Positions 10,446-23,300 of a stretch of DNA of 43,763 nt are shown piece after piece. Within the stretch, counting starts at the first letter, position 1; every line of letters begins with the position of its first letter. This DNA comes from Macrostomum lignano (taxonomy: Eukaryota): contig NIVC01003742.1 in the NCBI GenBank assembly GCA_002269645.1, positions 1 through 43,763 of the forward strand, read 5' to 3'. Made by a program: the position numbers and the translations under genes. Under the pieces are notes generated by a model. It was not told the DNA's origin. It searched no databases and saw only the letters and a list, made by a program, of their open reading frames with translations.

Positions 10446-11295
10446 AGAACTGTGGCTGTTTGCCAAGCTGCTAGAACCCCAACAAGTCTCATTGTGTTAC
10501 CATAGCAATAAATATTATTTTCTTAATTTTTTATCTCAAAAATTGTTAAAAAGGTAATTTCGCATTTTTTCTATGACGTATTTATCAAACATTCTATTAA
10601 TAAACAACCCCGTTTTTTTCAAAAAAATAATTATGCAGTCTAGCAATTCAATTTTCAATAGTTTTTTCTCCTTCACTAACAAGGCGCAATTGAAATTTTA
10701 CTAAAAAACAAAATGGCATCAACGTCGCATTTCTTTGAAAAGGAATTATTATTCAGCAGAAGAAGGATTTAATTATTTTGTAGGTTAGTCATAGTTTCAG
10801 AATAGACTCTGTTTTGAACTCTGGTTGCCTGTACAGTGCCACAATGCTAGCTGATGTTGCTTCAGTACTCAACTCTTCTCTCTCTCCTCTCTCTCTGCAT
10901 CACTCAGTACACTGCTCTGCGATCTGCTCTCTCTGAAAGATGCAGGCAAGCTGAAAGCAAACTGCAGGCTGTGAGGCTTGTAGATGCGGTGAGCTGTTCC
11001 ACTGTCTCCTTCTCTCCCTTCCCCTCCCCTGTCCCTCTTCCGTAAGTCTGGGTCCCCGCAACCAACCACAGTTTTTTACGTACCAGTTTTATGCGGGTTT
11101 TTTGGGGGGTGGGGGTGTGGGGGGAGAGACGAGTATGGACTCGTCCAGAACTGGAGGTTGGTGGTGTGCTTTTGAGTTCATATATATATATATATAAGCG
11201 CTTGGGTCTTTTTCATACTCTTGCCTTTCTGCGCTCGACTATCAAAACACACAATTACACTAAAGCTATAGTTTAGATACAGAGAGAAAGTTATC

Positions 11296-12785
11296 ATGAA
11301 CAAGCCTAAGCAATACGATTGGAAGGATAGTAATTTGGCTCTGTTTGGCTCCGACACTGAGCGGCAGGTTAAGAGTAAGATCTAAATAGTAGCTTTTATA
11401 TCGTCTGTGTTTTTTAGTCTGATTCTAATTATATGCTTCTTTTCTATTTATTAATTTTGCAGAGGAATCCGCTGAGAAGGAGCCAGCGTGGAAGCCCGTT
11501 CTGGAAGCGCAGAAGCCTCAACTATATGTGTGGCGTATCGAGGTAAGTAATTTAATAGTATGCTTTCATATTATTTCCTTAAAATATCGTTTTATGCCAT
11601 CGCCGTCCTAAGCTTAGCCTAAACTGCAATAATTGCCTTAACCTCATCGATAATCTCAATAGCCTAATCGATAATCTCCTTAGCCTGATCGATAATCTCA
11701 TTAACTTCATCGATAATCTCATTGGCCTCATCGATAATCTCATTAACCTCATCGAAAATCTCATTGGCCTCATCGATAATCTCATTAACCTCATCGAAAA
11801 TCTCATTAGCCTCATCGATAATCTCCTTAGCCTGATCGACAATCTCATTAGCCTCATCGATAATCTCCTTAGCCTGATCGATAATCTCATTAACCACATC
11901 GATAATCTCAATAGCCTAATCGATAATCTCCTTAGCCTGACCGATAATCTCATTAGCCTCATCGATAATCTCCTTAGCCTCATCGATAATCTCATTAGCC
12001 TCATCGATAATCTCATTAGCCTCATTGATAATCGCCTTAGCCTCATCGATAATCTCAATAGCCTCATCGATAATCTCATTAGCCTCATCGATAATCTCAT
12101 TAGCCTCATTGATAATCGCCTTAGCCTCATCGATAATCTCCTTAGCCTGATCGATAATCTCATTAGCCTCATCGATAATCTCATTAGCCTCATTGATAAT
12201 CTCCTTAGCCTAATCGATAATCTCAATAGCCCCATCGATAATCTCCTTAGCCTCATCGATAATTGCCTTAACCTCTTCTATAATTGTTAAGGTCAAATAA
12301 CTCAGCACCAAACTCATATATGCACATATTGCAGAACTTCAAAGTGGTGGAATGGCCCAGAGATTTGTACGGCAAATTCTACAGTGGCGATTCTTACATC
12401 ATCCTCAACGCCTACATGGAGGCTGACAAGCTCTGCTACGATGTGCACTTTTGGATTGGCAAAGAGAGCACGGCTGACGAGTACGGCACTGCCGCCTACA
12501 AGACTGTGGAGCTGGACACCCTGTTGGACGATTTGCCTGTGCAGCACAGGTAAATAGTGTTTAGCTGTCTTAGCCGGCCTGAGTTGTCCCGATAAATTTG
12601 ATTTACCATGGCCAGTGTGAGCTACTGATAGTGGCAGATTGAACTGTTGGGCTATAAACTCTGCCTGCTGTGTCTGGCTAGTAAATAAAGACAGACTGGC
12701 AGACACTAAGAGAGGACAGACAGACAGACAGACACTAAAACAGGGCAGACAGACAGACAGACACAGACAGACACAACAGACAGAC

Positions 12786-12822
<37 letters not shown>

Positions 12823-13854
12823 CTAAGACAGGACAGACACAGACAGACACCAAGACAAGACGGACAGACAGACACTAAAACAGGGCAGACAGACACTAAG
12901 ACAGGACAGACACAGACAGACACCAAGACAAGACAGACAGACGACCGACACAACAGACAGACAGACCGACACAACAGATAGACAAACATATACCTGTACG
13001 GGGCAGACAGGACAGACAGGATGACACTCAGACACATTTAAAAGCTAATACATAATACTCCGTCACTTGCAGGGAGGTCCAAGGCCACGAGAGTGCCCTG
13101 ATGCGCAGCTATTTTCCTGAGATCACTTACCTAGCTGGCGGTTGTCCCAGCGGTTTCCGCAACGTGACAACTCGCGAATATAAGCCTAGACTGCTGCACG
13201 TACGCGGCGAACGTCAGAATATTGTAGTAACTGAGGTGCCGCGTTCTCGTAAAGCTTTGGACAACACGGACGTGTACATTCTGGACCTGGGCGATCGGGC
13301 CATCCAGTGGAACGGTAGCGGCGCCAATAAGAATGAGAAATTCAAGGCAGCTCAGTACTTGTCAAATTTGAAGAGCGAGCGCAATGGTAGGCTGGCTGCC
13401 AGCACTCTGGAGGAGGACGGAACACCTACTGAGGTGAGCGACTTACCCTGCGCTTCCATTCCAATATATAAAATATATATAGTAGCAGCAACCTATGTGT
13501 GCAAATCATTTATTTCAGCACGAGTTCTACACGTCTCTGACTGACGAGGAGGTGGAACGGGACTCTGCTAGCGGCGGCTCGCCTGGCGCTCAAAAGCGAA
13601 TGATGAAGTGAGCTGATGTCAGGCAGAGAGACAGACAGACAGACAGACATACAGACAGACAGACAGACAGACTGGCAGACAGACAGACAGACAGACTGAC
13701 AGACAGACTGGCAGACAGACAGACAGACAGACTGACAGACAGACTGGCAGACAGACAGACAGACAGACAGACTGGCAGACAGACAGACTGGCAGACAGAC
13801 AGGCAGACAGACAGACAGACAGACAGGCAGGCAGGCAGACAGGCAGGCAGACAC

Positions 13855-13920
<66 letters not shown>

Positions 13921-13922
13921 GG

Positions 13923-14008
<86 letters not shown>

Positions 14009-15810
14009 GGACACTTAGGCAGACATATCAACCGCCGTCAATTCATTGCAGACTGTCTGACGCCACTGGCAAGCTGAATTTCGACTTGGTTTCCACGGAT
14101 TCGCTGAGCAAAAGCAACATCACTGAGGATGTAAGCGTTTACTGCCTCCATGTTTCCTACATAGCAACCGTAACCATAGCAACTAAATTGACTTTGTCAT
14201 TGCATCTCGCAGGACGTATTCATCATTGACAACGGTTTCGAAGTGTACGTCTACGTGGGAGAGAATGCCTCACTGACTGAACGTCACAACGCTCTGGCCT
14301 ACGCTCACGTTAGTGACTAGTCTCGATATATTGTACATATGTAGTGCACTCGTATTGCACAGCGGCCCTGTTTCCTTGCTATATCACTAAGGACTAGCAG
14401 TCAAGTGTAAAAATGTCCTAATTATTTGACACTGGTAGCAAATGTGCGCGGTACTATGAAGTTCAAATTGGTTAGAAAATTTTCCTTGAGAAGATTTGTT
14501 GAAACCAGTCGGGCAGAAGTCAGTATTGTGCGTGATAGGGAGGCTTTGAGGCTAGGAGACTCTGGGAGGCTGGCCTAGCAACTGACACTCTGGGAGGCTG
14601 GTGGCCCAGCAACTGACACTCTGGGAGGCTGGCCCAGCAACTGAGGATCTAGGAGGCTGGTGGCTCAGCAACTGAGCATCTGGGAGGCTGGCTCAGCAAC
14701 TGAGGATCTGGGAACCTGGTGGCCCAGCAACTGAGGATATGGGAGGCTGGTGGCCCAGCAAATGAGGATCTGGGAGGCTGGCCCAGCAACTGAGGATCTG
14801 GGAGGCTGGCCCAGCAAATGAGGATCTGGGAGGCTGGTGGCCCAGCAACTGAGGATCTGGGAGCCTGGTGGCCCAGCAGCTGAGGATCTGGGAGGCTGGT
14901 GGCCCAGCAGCTGAGGATCTGGGAGGCTGGTGGCCCAGCAACTGAGGATCTGGGAGGCTGGCTCAGCAACTGAGGAGGCTGGGAGCCTGGTGGCCCAGCA
15001 ACTGAGGATCTGGGAGGCTGGCCCAGCAAATGAGGATCTGGGAGGCTGGTGGCCCAGCAACTGAGGATCTGGGAGCCTGGTGGCCCAGCAACTGAGGATA
15101 TGGGAGGCTGGTGGCCCAGCAAATGAGGATCTGGGAGGCTGGCCCAGCAACTGAGGATCTGGGAGGCTGGCCCAGCAAATGAGGATCTGGGAGGCTGGTG
15201 GCCCAGCAACTGAGGATCTGGGAGCCTGGTGGCCCAGCAGCTGAGGATCTGGGAGGCTGGTGGCCCAGCAGCTGAGGATCTGGGAGGCTGGTGGCCCAGC
15301 AACTGAGGATCTGGGAGGCTGGCTCAGCAACTGAGGAGGCTGGGAGCCTGGTGGCCCAGCAACTGAGGATCTGGGAGGCTGGCCCAGCAAATGAGGATCT
15401 GGGAGGCTGGTGGCCCAGCAACTGAGGATCTGGGAGGCTGGCTCAGCAACTGAGGAGGCTGGGAGCCTGGTGGCCCAGCAACTGAGGATCTGGGAGGCTG
15501 GCCCAGCAAATGAGGATCTGGGAGGCTGGTGGCCCAGCAACTGAGGATCTGGGAGCCTGGTGGCCCAGCAACTGAGGATCTGGGAGCCTGGTGGCCCAGC
15601 AACTGAGGATCGGGGGAATGAGTGGAGAATTTCTGCGCACGAGCCACTTTACGACAGATCCTTCATATCTTTGCACCTGTAACTGTAACCCATAATTAAC
15701 TCATATTGCAGAATTACCTACGCGACAGCGTCAACCCGTTGCTACCGGTTACCGTGGTGACGCCGCAGGCCCCGGCCAAGACCAAGGCCGCCTTCAACGC
15801 CGTGTTTTAG
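11296..15810 (+). CDS. Three-domain gelsolin/severin-like actin-binding protein, join(11296..11374,11463..11542,12335..12549,13073..13433,13519..13607,14052..14130,14213..14308,15712..15810), 365 aa
   Basis: All seven GT-AG introns restore the frame. Motifs YDWKDSNLALFGSD, VWRIENF, KFYSGDSYIIL, VHFWIG, YGTAAYKTVELD, QHREVQGHES, DVYILDLG, LSDATG, DVFIID. Confidence 0.93.
11640..12272 (+). repeat. 21-bp minisatellite in gelsolin intron 2
   Basis: CCTCATCGATAATCTCATTAG with variants, about 30 copies. Confidence 0.93.
12700..13035 (+). repeat. Imperfect (GACA)n microsatellite, gelsolin intron 3
   Basis: Direct reading. Confidence 0.9.
13625..14012 (+). repeat. (GACA)n microsatellite, gelsolin intron 5
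   Basis: Direct reading. Confidence 0.95.
14555..15612 (-). repeat. CAGATCCTCAGTTGCT-family minisatellite, array 2 (reverse orientation), gelsolin intron 7
   Basis: Tandem CAGCAACTGAGGATCTGGGAGGCTGG(TGG)CC, the reverse complement of the 8.4-kb unit. Confidence 0.93.
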
Positions 15811-16421
15811 GGCGGAACCAAAAGAAAATTTTGTCAAAAGAAATTCCAAAAAGACAATTTTTGTGTTCAACCAAGAAATTTGTTGGGACCTTGAATTTTT
15901 CATATTTATCTAATCTTCCTTTTTGTATATCCTTTAAAATTACACATTTATATAAAAATCACCTTTATATATTGCCTTCTTGTAGCCTCTTTAACAGCTT
16001 CTAATACGCATTATTACCGAATAAGTGTGTCGCATTGTGTGTCATTATATAAAATGAACAATTCGTATTTAACCAGTTCAACTGCGTATTTTCTTATCCA
16101 CTATTTGAAGGGCGGTACGTTAAAAAAATCTTCTTTACAGTCTGGAATTCACCAAACGTTTATTGAGCGAATTGCGCGCTGTTTCGAATTGGCTACATTC
16201 TAGGAATTTCATTTTCACTTTTCCCAGCAGCTTTTGCTATTGAATTAGTAATCTTTTTTGCAGGTAGAGAAACCCCTTAGGATCTTTAACTTTTTGGTTG
16301 AATTGCTTTTCAATATTTCTAAAAACTCACGCCCAAATACATTGGTTTGTATTCCAGTTGCTTTGTCCGCCTCAGATTTCAATCTCAGTTTGTTCTTTTG
16401 CTATGACAAATCAATATTAGC

Positions 16422-16653
16422 CTGACTGACTGACTGACTGACTGACTGACTGACTGACTGACTGACTGACTGACTGACTGACTGACTGACTGACTCACTG
16501 ACTGACTCACTGACTGACTGACTGACTGACTCACTGACTGACTCACTGACTGACTGACTGACTGACTCACTGACTGACTCACTGACTGACTGACTGACTG
16601 ACTGACTGACTGACTGACTCACTGACTGACTGACTGACTGACTGACTCACTGA
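16422..16653 (+). repeat. (GACT)n microsatellite with GACTCACT variants
   Basis: Direct reading; grades into TGATTTAGTTGAC-type units at 16654-16724. Confidence 0.95.
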
Positions 16654-16724
16654 CTTGATTGACTGATTTGATTGACTGATTTAGTTGACTGATTTAGTTG
16701 ATTTTGATTGATTTGATTGATTTA

Positions 16725-19700
16725 GAAGGATCTAGTGACATACTCAGTGAAGGATCTAGTGACATACTCAGTGAAGGATCTAGTGACATACTCAGTGAAG
16801 GATCTAGTGACATACTCAGTGTAGGATCTAGTGACATACTCAGTGAAGGATCTAGTGACATACTTAGTGAAGGATCTAGTGACATACTTAGTCAAGGATC
16901 TAGTGACATACTTAGTGAATGATTTAGTGACGGGCTTAGTGAAGGATCTAATGACATACTCAGTGAATGATTTAGTGACGGGCTTAGTGAAGGATCTAGT
17001 GATATACTCAGTGTAGGATCTAATGACATACTCAGTGAAGGATCTACATGTAATGACATACTTAGTGAAGGATCCAGTGACATACTTAGTGAAGGATCTA
17101 GTGACATAATCAGTGAAGGATCTAGTGACATAATCAGTGAAGGATCTAATGACATACTCAGTGAAGGATCTAGTGACATACTCAGTGAAGGATCTAGTGA
17201 CATAATCAGTGAAGGATCTAGTGACATACTCAGTGAAGGATCTAGTGACATACTTAGTGAAGGATCTAATGACATACTCAGTGAAGGATCTAATGACATA
17301 CTTAGTGAAGGATCCAGTGACATACTTAGTGAAGGATCTAGTGACATAATCAGTGAAGGATCTAGTGACATAATCAGTGAAGGATCTAATGACATACTCA
17401 GTGAAGGATCTAGTGACATACTCAGTGAAGGATCTAGTGACATAATCAGTGAAGGATCTAGTGACATACTCAGTGAAGGATCTAGTGACATACTTAGTGA
17501 AGGATCTAGTGACATACTTAGTGAAGGATCTAGTGACATACTCAGTGAAGGATCTAGTGACATACTTAGTGAAGGATCTAGTGACATACTTAGTGAAGGA
17601 TCTAGTGACATACTTAGTGAAGGATCTAATGACATACTTAGTGAATGATCTAGTGACATACTCAGTGAAGGATCTAGTGACATACTTAGTGAAGGATCTA
17701 ATGACATACTTAGTAAAGGATCTAATGACATACTTAGTGAATGATCTAGTGACATACTCAGTGAAGGATCTAGTGACATACTTAGTGAAGGATCTAATGA
17801 CATACTTAGTAAAGGATCTAATGACATACTCAGTGAATGATCTAGTGACATACTCAGTGAAGGATCTAGTGACATACTTAGTGAAGGATCTAGTGACATA
17901 CTTAGTGAAGGATCTAATGACATACTTAGTGAATGATCTAGTGACATACTCAGTGAAGGATCTAGTGACATACTTAGTGAAGGATCTAGTGACATACTTA
18001 GTAAAGGATCTAATGACATACTTAGTGAATGATCTAGTGACATACTCAGTGAAGGATCTAGTGACATACTCAGTGAAGGATCTAATGACATACTTAGTGA
18101 AGGATCTAGTGACATACTCAGTGAAGGATCTAGTGACATACTTAGTGAAGGATCTAGTGACATACTTAGTGAAGGATCTAGTGACATACTTAGTGAAGGA
18201 TCTAATGACATACTTAGTGAATGATCTAGTGACATACTCAGTGAAGGATCTAGTGACATACTCAGTGAAGGATCTAGTGACATAATCAGTGAAGGATCTA
18301 GTGACATACTCAGTGAAGGATCTAGTGACATACTTAGTGAAGGATCTAGTGACATACTTAGTGAAGGATCTAGTGACATACTCAGTGAAGGATCTAGTGA
18401 CATACTTAGTGAAGGATCTAGTGACATACTTAGTGAAGGATCTAGTGACATACTTAGTGAAGGATCTAATGACATACTTAGTGAATGATCTAGTGACATA
18501 CTCAGTGAAGGATCTAGTGACATACTTAGTGAAGGATCTAATGACATACTTAGTAAAGGATCTAATGACATACTTAGTGAATGATCTAGTGACATACTCA
18601 GTGAAGGATCTAGTGACATACTTAGTGAAGGATCTAATGACATACTTAGTAAAGGATCTAATGACATACTCAGTGAATGATCTAGTGACATACTCAGTGA
18701 AGGATCTAGTGACATACTTAGTGAAGGATCTAGTGACATACTTAGTGAAGGATCTAATGACATACTTAGTGAATGATCTAGTGACATACTCAGTGAAGGA
18801 TCTAGTGACATACTTAGTGAAGGATCTAGTGACATACTTAGTAAAGGATCTAATGACATACTTAGTGAATGATCTAGTGACATACTCAGTGAAGGATCTA
18901 GTGACATACTCAGTGAAGGATCTAGTGACATACTTAGTGAAGGATCTAGTGACATACTCAGTGAAGGATCTAGTGACATACTTAGTGAATGATCTAGTGA
19001 CATACTCAGTGAAGGATCTAGTGACATACTTAGTGAAGGATCTAGTGACATACTCAGTGAAGGATCTAATGACATACTTAGTGAATGATCTAGTGACATA
19101 CTCAGTGAAGGATCTAGTGACATACTTAGTGAAGGATCTAGTGACATACTTAGTAAAGGATCTAATGACATACTTAGTGAATGATCTAGTGACATACTCA
19201 GTGAAGGATCTAGTGACATACTCAGTGAAGGATCTAATGACATACTTAGTGAAGGATCTAGTGACATACTTAGTGAAGGATCTAGTGACATACTCAGTGA
19301 AGGATCTAGTGACATACTCAGTGAAGGATCTAGTGACATACTCAGTGAAGGATCTAGTGACAGGCTTAGTGAAGGATCTAGTGACATACTCAGTGAAGGA
19401 TCTAGTGACATACTCAGTGAAGGATCTAATGACATACTTAGTGAAGGATCTAGTGACATACTAAGTGAAGGATCTAGTGACATACTCAGTGAAGGATCTA
19501 GTGACATACTCAGTGAAGGATCTAGTGACATACTCAGTGAAGGATCTAGTGACATACTCAGTGAAGGATCTAGTGACATACTCAGTGAAGGATCTAGTGA
19601 CATACTTAGTGAAGGATCTAGTGACATACTCAGTGAAGGATCTAGTGACATACTCAGTGAAGGATCTAGTGACATACTTAGTGAAGGATCTAGTGACATA

Positions 19701-20046
19701 CTCAGTGAAGGATCTAGTGACATACTTAGTGAAGGATCTAGTGACATACTCAGTGAAGGATCTAGTGACATACTTAGTGAAGGATCTAGTGACATACTCA
19801 GTGAAGGATCTAGTGACATACTCAGTGAAGGATCTAGTGACATACTCAGTGAAGGATCTAGTGACATACTTAGTGAAGGATCTAGTGACATACTCAGTGA
19901 AGGATCTAGTGACATACTCAGTGAAGGATCTAGTGACATACTCAGTGAAGGATCTAGTGACATACTTAGTGAAGGATCTAATGACATACTCAGTGAAGGA
20001 TCTAGTGACATACTCAGTGAAGGATCTAGTGACAGGCTTAGTGACT
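16725..20046 (+). repeat. 24-bp satellite array (about 138 copies) with higher-order duplications
   Basis: AGTGAAGGATCTAGTGACATACT(C/T); variant patterns recur at 240-bp and 840-bp offsets. Confidence 0.97.
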
Positions 20047-20313
20047 GTCAGACCCAGCGGCGCACATGAAGTAACGGTGCCCTCAAAGCCAGATACCACA
20101 GAAGCTCTTAGGTTAGAAAATTATGCAGTTTAATTTTCATCACGTCTGCTTGATCGAATCTTTCTGACCGGTTTTTAAAAACCAAGCAAAAAGTGGAGAA
20201 AACTAATTAACAAAACTGACCAGAAGCAAGCAATCAATAAATTTGCCGATTGCAGTATCGGTCAAAGCAACTGAAAGTTTCTTGTCTATTTGATTGAATC
20301 AACAGCACACAGA

Positions 20314-23300
20314 ATGGACCGCGGAATGCATCAATACCAGCAGCAGCAACAACCAAATCTGCAGCACAACCCTTACCATGGCCTTAGCAACGGTCGTCAA
20401 TATCAACAACAGCAGCCGCCGCCGCCGCCTCCAGTCATTGGTGGCGGAGCTGGCGAGCATTTGTTCTTCTTTAAAAAGCGAGCAGAGCGACTTGATTGGC
20501 GCCGTCTAGCCGCTATCGATGTTGATCGAATCCAGCGCGACCTGGACTTTGCCGCCCTGCAGGAGCATTTGGCCGGGGTTACTTATTGCGATGCTGAGTC
20601 AGAATTTGCTCGCTGTAACGATGCTAATTTAGTAAAGTTATTTCGGCTGGCTCAGTTAATGATTGAATATCTGCTGCATTCGCAGGTTGGTATAGATGCT
20701 TATCGAAATTGCTTTCTGTGTTATGATGCCGCGATACTGGTTGCTAGGGCCGGTTTATTCTTATAACACTGGTTGCTAGGGCAATCGATTGTTGTAATAC
20801 TCGTTGCTAGGGGCGGTTCATTCTTGTAATACTGGTTGCTAGGGCAATCGATTATTGTAATAATGGTTGCTAGGGGCGGTTTATCCTATAATACTGGTTG
20901 CTAGGGCAATCGATTGTTGTAATACTCGTTGCTAGGATCTGTTCATTTTGCAATACTGGTTGCTAGGATGATTAATTGTTATTATACTGGTTGCTATGGT
21001 GATCATCGTTATGCTACCGGTTGCTAGGGCGATTACTGTAGGGATATTGGTTGCTAGCCAAATTTTTCCAACGAGTCTAGCACGAATTCTCGAATTAAAT
21101 TTAGGCAATCATATGCCTCACGCACTACTGCCGCCCCGATAAAAATACAGGAGTATCTGGCGCACACGCGCGGCCAGTTGGAGCGCCAGACGGCGGAGGC
21201 GCAGGCCGAAGCGCTGGCTTTGAAGCAGCGTCTGGCCGACAAGCAGCGGGAGGCCAACGATTTGAAGCGGGAATGTCACAAGAGAAAGAAATTATTGATC
21301 GCCCAGCAACAGCTGATGGAGGCTGGGCCGCAGTCCTATCAGCGCTGTCCCTATTGTCCGAAAGCGTTTCTTAACAATACCTTTCTGCGATCGCATATTA
21401 ATAGGCGGCACGGAGGGGCCGAGTATCCGCCAACCGGGGCTGGCGCTTCGTCTGGTAGGGATCTGCAGGTATGTATGCTGGCTACTAGATATCCTTGAAC
21501 TTCCAGATCCCTATGCGGGGTGTCCTTCAACCTTTTTTATCTTCTGAACTCCCTGACCAGATTCTTATCTTTAGTGTCCTTGAGCCCCCAGACCAGATTC
21601 TATCTTTAGTGTCCTTGATTGATTGAACTCCCAGACCAGATTCTTATCTCTGGTGTCCTTGAACTCCCTGACCAGATTCTTATCTTTAGTGTCCTTGAGC
21701 TTCCATACCATATTCTTTAGTGTCCTTGAGCTCCCATACCATATTCTTTAGTGTCCTTGAGCCCCCAGACCAGATTCTTATCTCTGGTGTCCTTGAACTC
21801 CCTGACCAGATCCTTATCTTTAGTGTCCTTGAACTCCGTGACAAGATTCTTATCCTTAGTGTCCTTGAACTCCCTGACCAGATCCTATTTTTAGTTTCCT
21901 TGATTGATTGAACTCTCAGACCAGATTCTTATCTCTGGTGTCCTTGAACTCCCTGACCAGATCCTTATCTTTAGTGTCCTTGAACTCCGTGACAAGATTC
22001 TTATCCTTAGTGTCCTTGAACTCCCTGACCAGATCCTATTTTTAGTTTCCTTGATTGATTGAACTCTCAGACCAGATTCTTATCTCTGGTGTCCTTGAAC
22101 TCCCTGACCAGATCCTTATCTTTAGTGTCCTTGAGCTCCTAGACCAGATAGATCTTTATCTTAGATGTCCTTTAACATTCCAGACTAGACTCTCATCTTA
22201 GGCGTCCTTAAGGTTCAATTTCTCGTCTCACTTACTATTGAAACGAATTTTTATTAGCGTCCTCTCCTTACAATGGCACCGTTCAGACCCGCGTTGACCT
22301 GCTGTCCCAGCTGACCCGGGAGGAGCTCCTGACTCGCCTAAGCCAGCTCGATTCCGCCGCTGCCGCCTCAGCCGGCGCTGCCGAGTCGCCCGGACGGCGT
22401 CAAAGACAACTGCAGCAACAACTGGCCGAGATGCAGGCCAAGCACGAGGCCGAGTTGGCCAGACTGCGCGATTCGCACGAGCGTCAGCTACGTCAGCAGC
22501 AGCAGCAGGAGCGCGAGCGTCAACAACTTCAACAGCAGGAGGCTAGGCGTCGTACAAATCTCGGCGAATTGCTTATGGACGACGACGAGGATGACATGGG
22601 AAATGCCGATGATAAAGTGTCGGCTCGTCGGGCAGCGCCGGCCGCGGCCGCAGCTTCGGGCAGTTCAATGCCGGCCCGACAGCCGGAGGACGATCTGGCT
22701 GCTGTGTCGGCCCAGATGCGCCGGAATCTGGATCTGCACGCGAGTTCGCGGGAGTCTCTGCTAATGAATAGCACTACTGAGAATAGCATGGCACAGGGCG
22801 TTGAGGCTATGCGGACCAGCGGCCTGCTGGCTCGGCTGAAAGGCGATCGCGGTATTGTTGAAGGCTTGAAGAGCGAATTGGCTCAGTTGCTTGAGGAACA
22901 GCTCGAGGAGCGGGGCATTGGGCCTAATACTACTCGAATTAGCAATCGGGTGCTCAATGAGAAACTTGCGATGCTGGCTCGTGAACGAGAGCAGGTGGCC
23001 TTCAAGTTTAAGAATTTTGAACAGCTGAGGCGACAGCACGCTGCATCGGTGAGAATGGCATTAGCTGCATGTTACCGATATGTATCGATGGAATGCTTCT
23101 TTAGCATATCTTGACCTACTCCCGATATGTATCGATAGAATGTTTCTTTAGCATTTTTTGACCTACTCCCGATATGTATCGATGGAATGTTTCTTTAGCA
23201 CTTGACCTACTCCCGATATGTATCGATAGAATGTTTCTTTAGCATATTTTGACCTACTCCCGATATGTATCGATGGAATGTTCTGTTAGCGTAGCTTACT

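Noticed and set aside
11579-12256. Heptad-like ORFs (EIIDEAN / MRLRRLS) suggesting a coiled-coil gene
   Set aside because: They lie in gelsolin intron 2 and derive from a 21-bp minisatellite; the coiled-coil-like frame has TAG stops.
12639-14031. SVCL/QTDR-repeat ORFs (also 31752-32267 and 16385-16622)
   Set aside because: These are tetranucleotide microsatellite translations.
16892-20011. 1039-aa minus-strand ORF (SLDPSLSM repeats) and the parallel + ORFs
   Set aside because: These are translations of the 24-bp satellite. The unit lacks stops in those frames, and the SEGSSDIL frame is broken by TGA.
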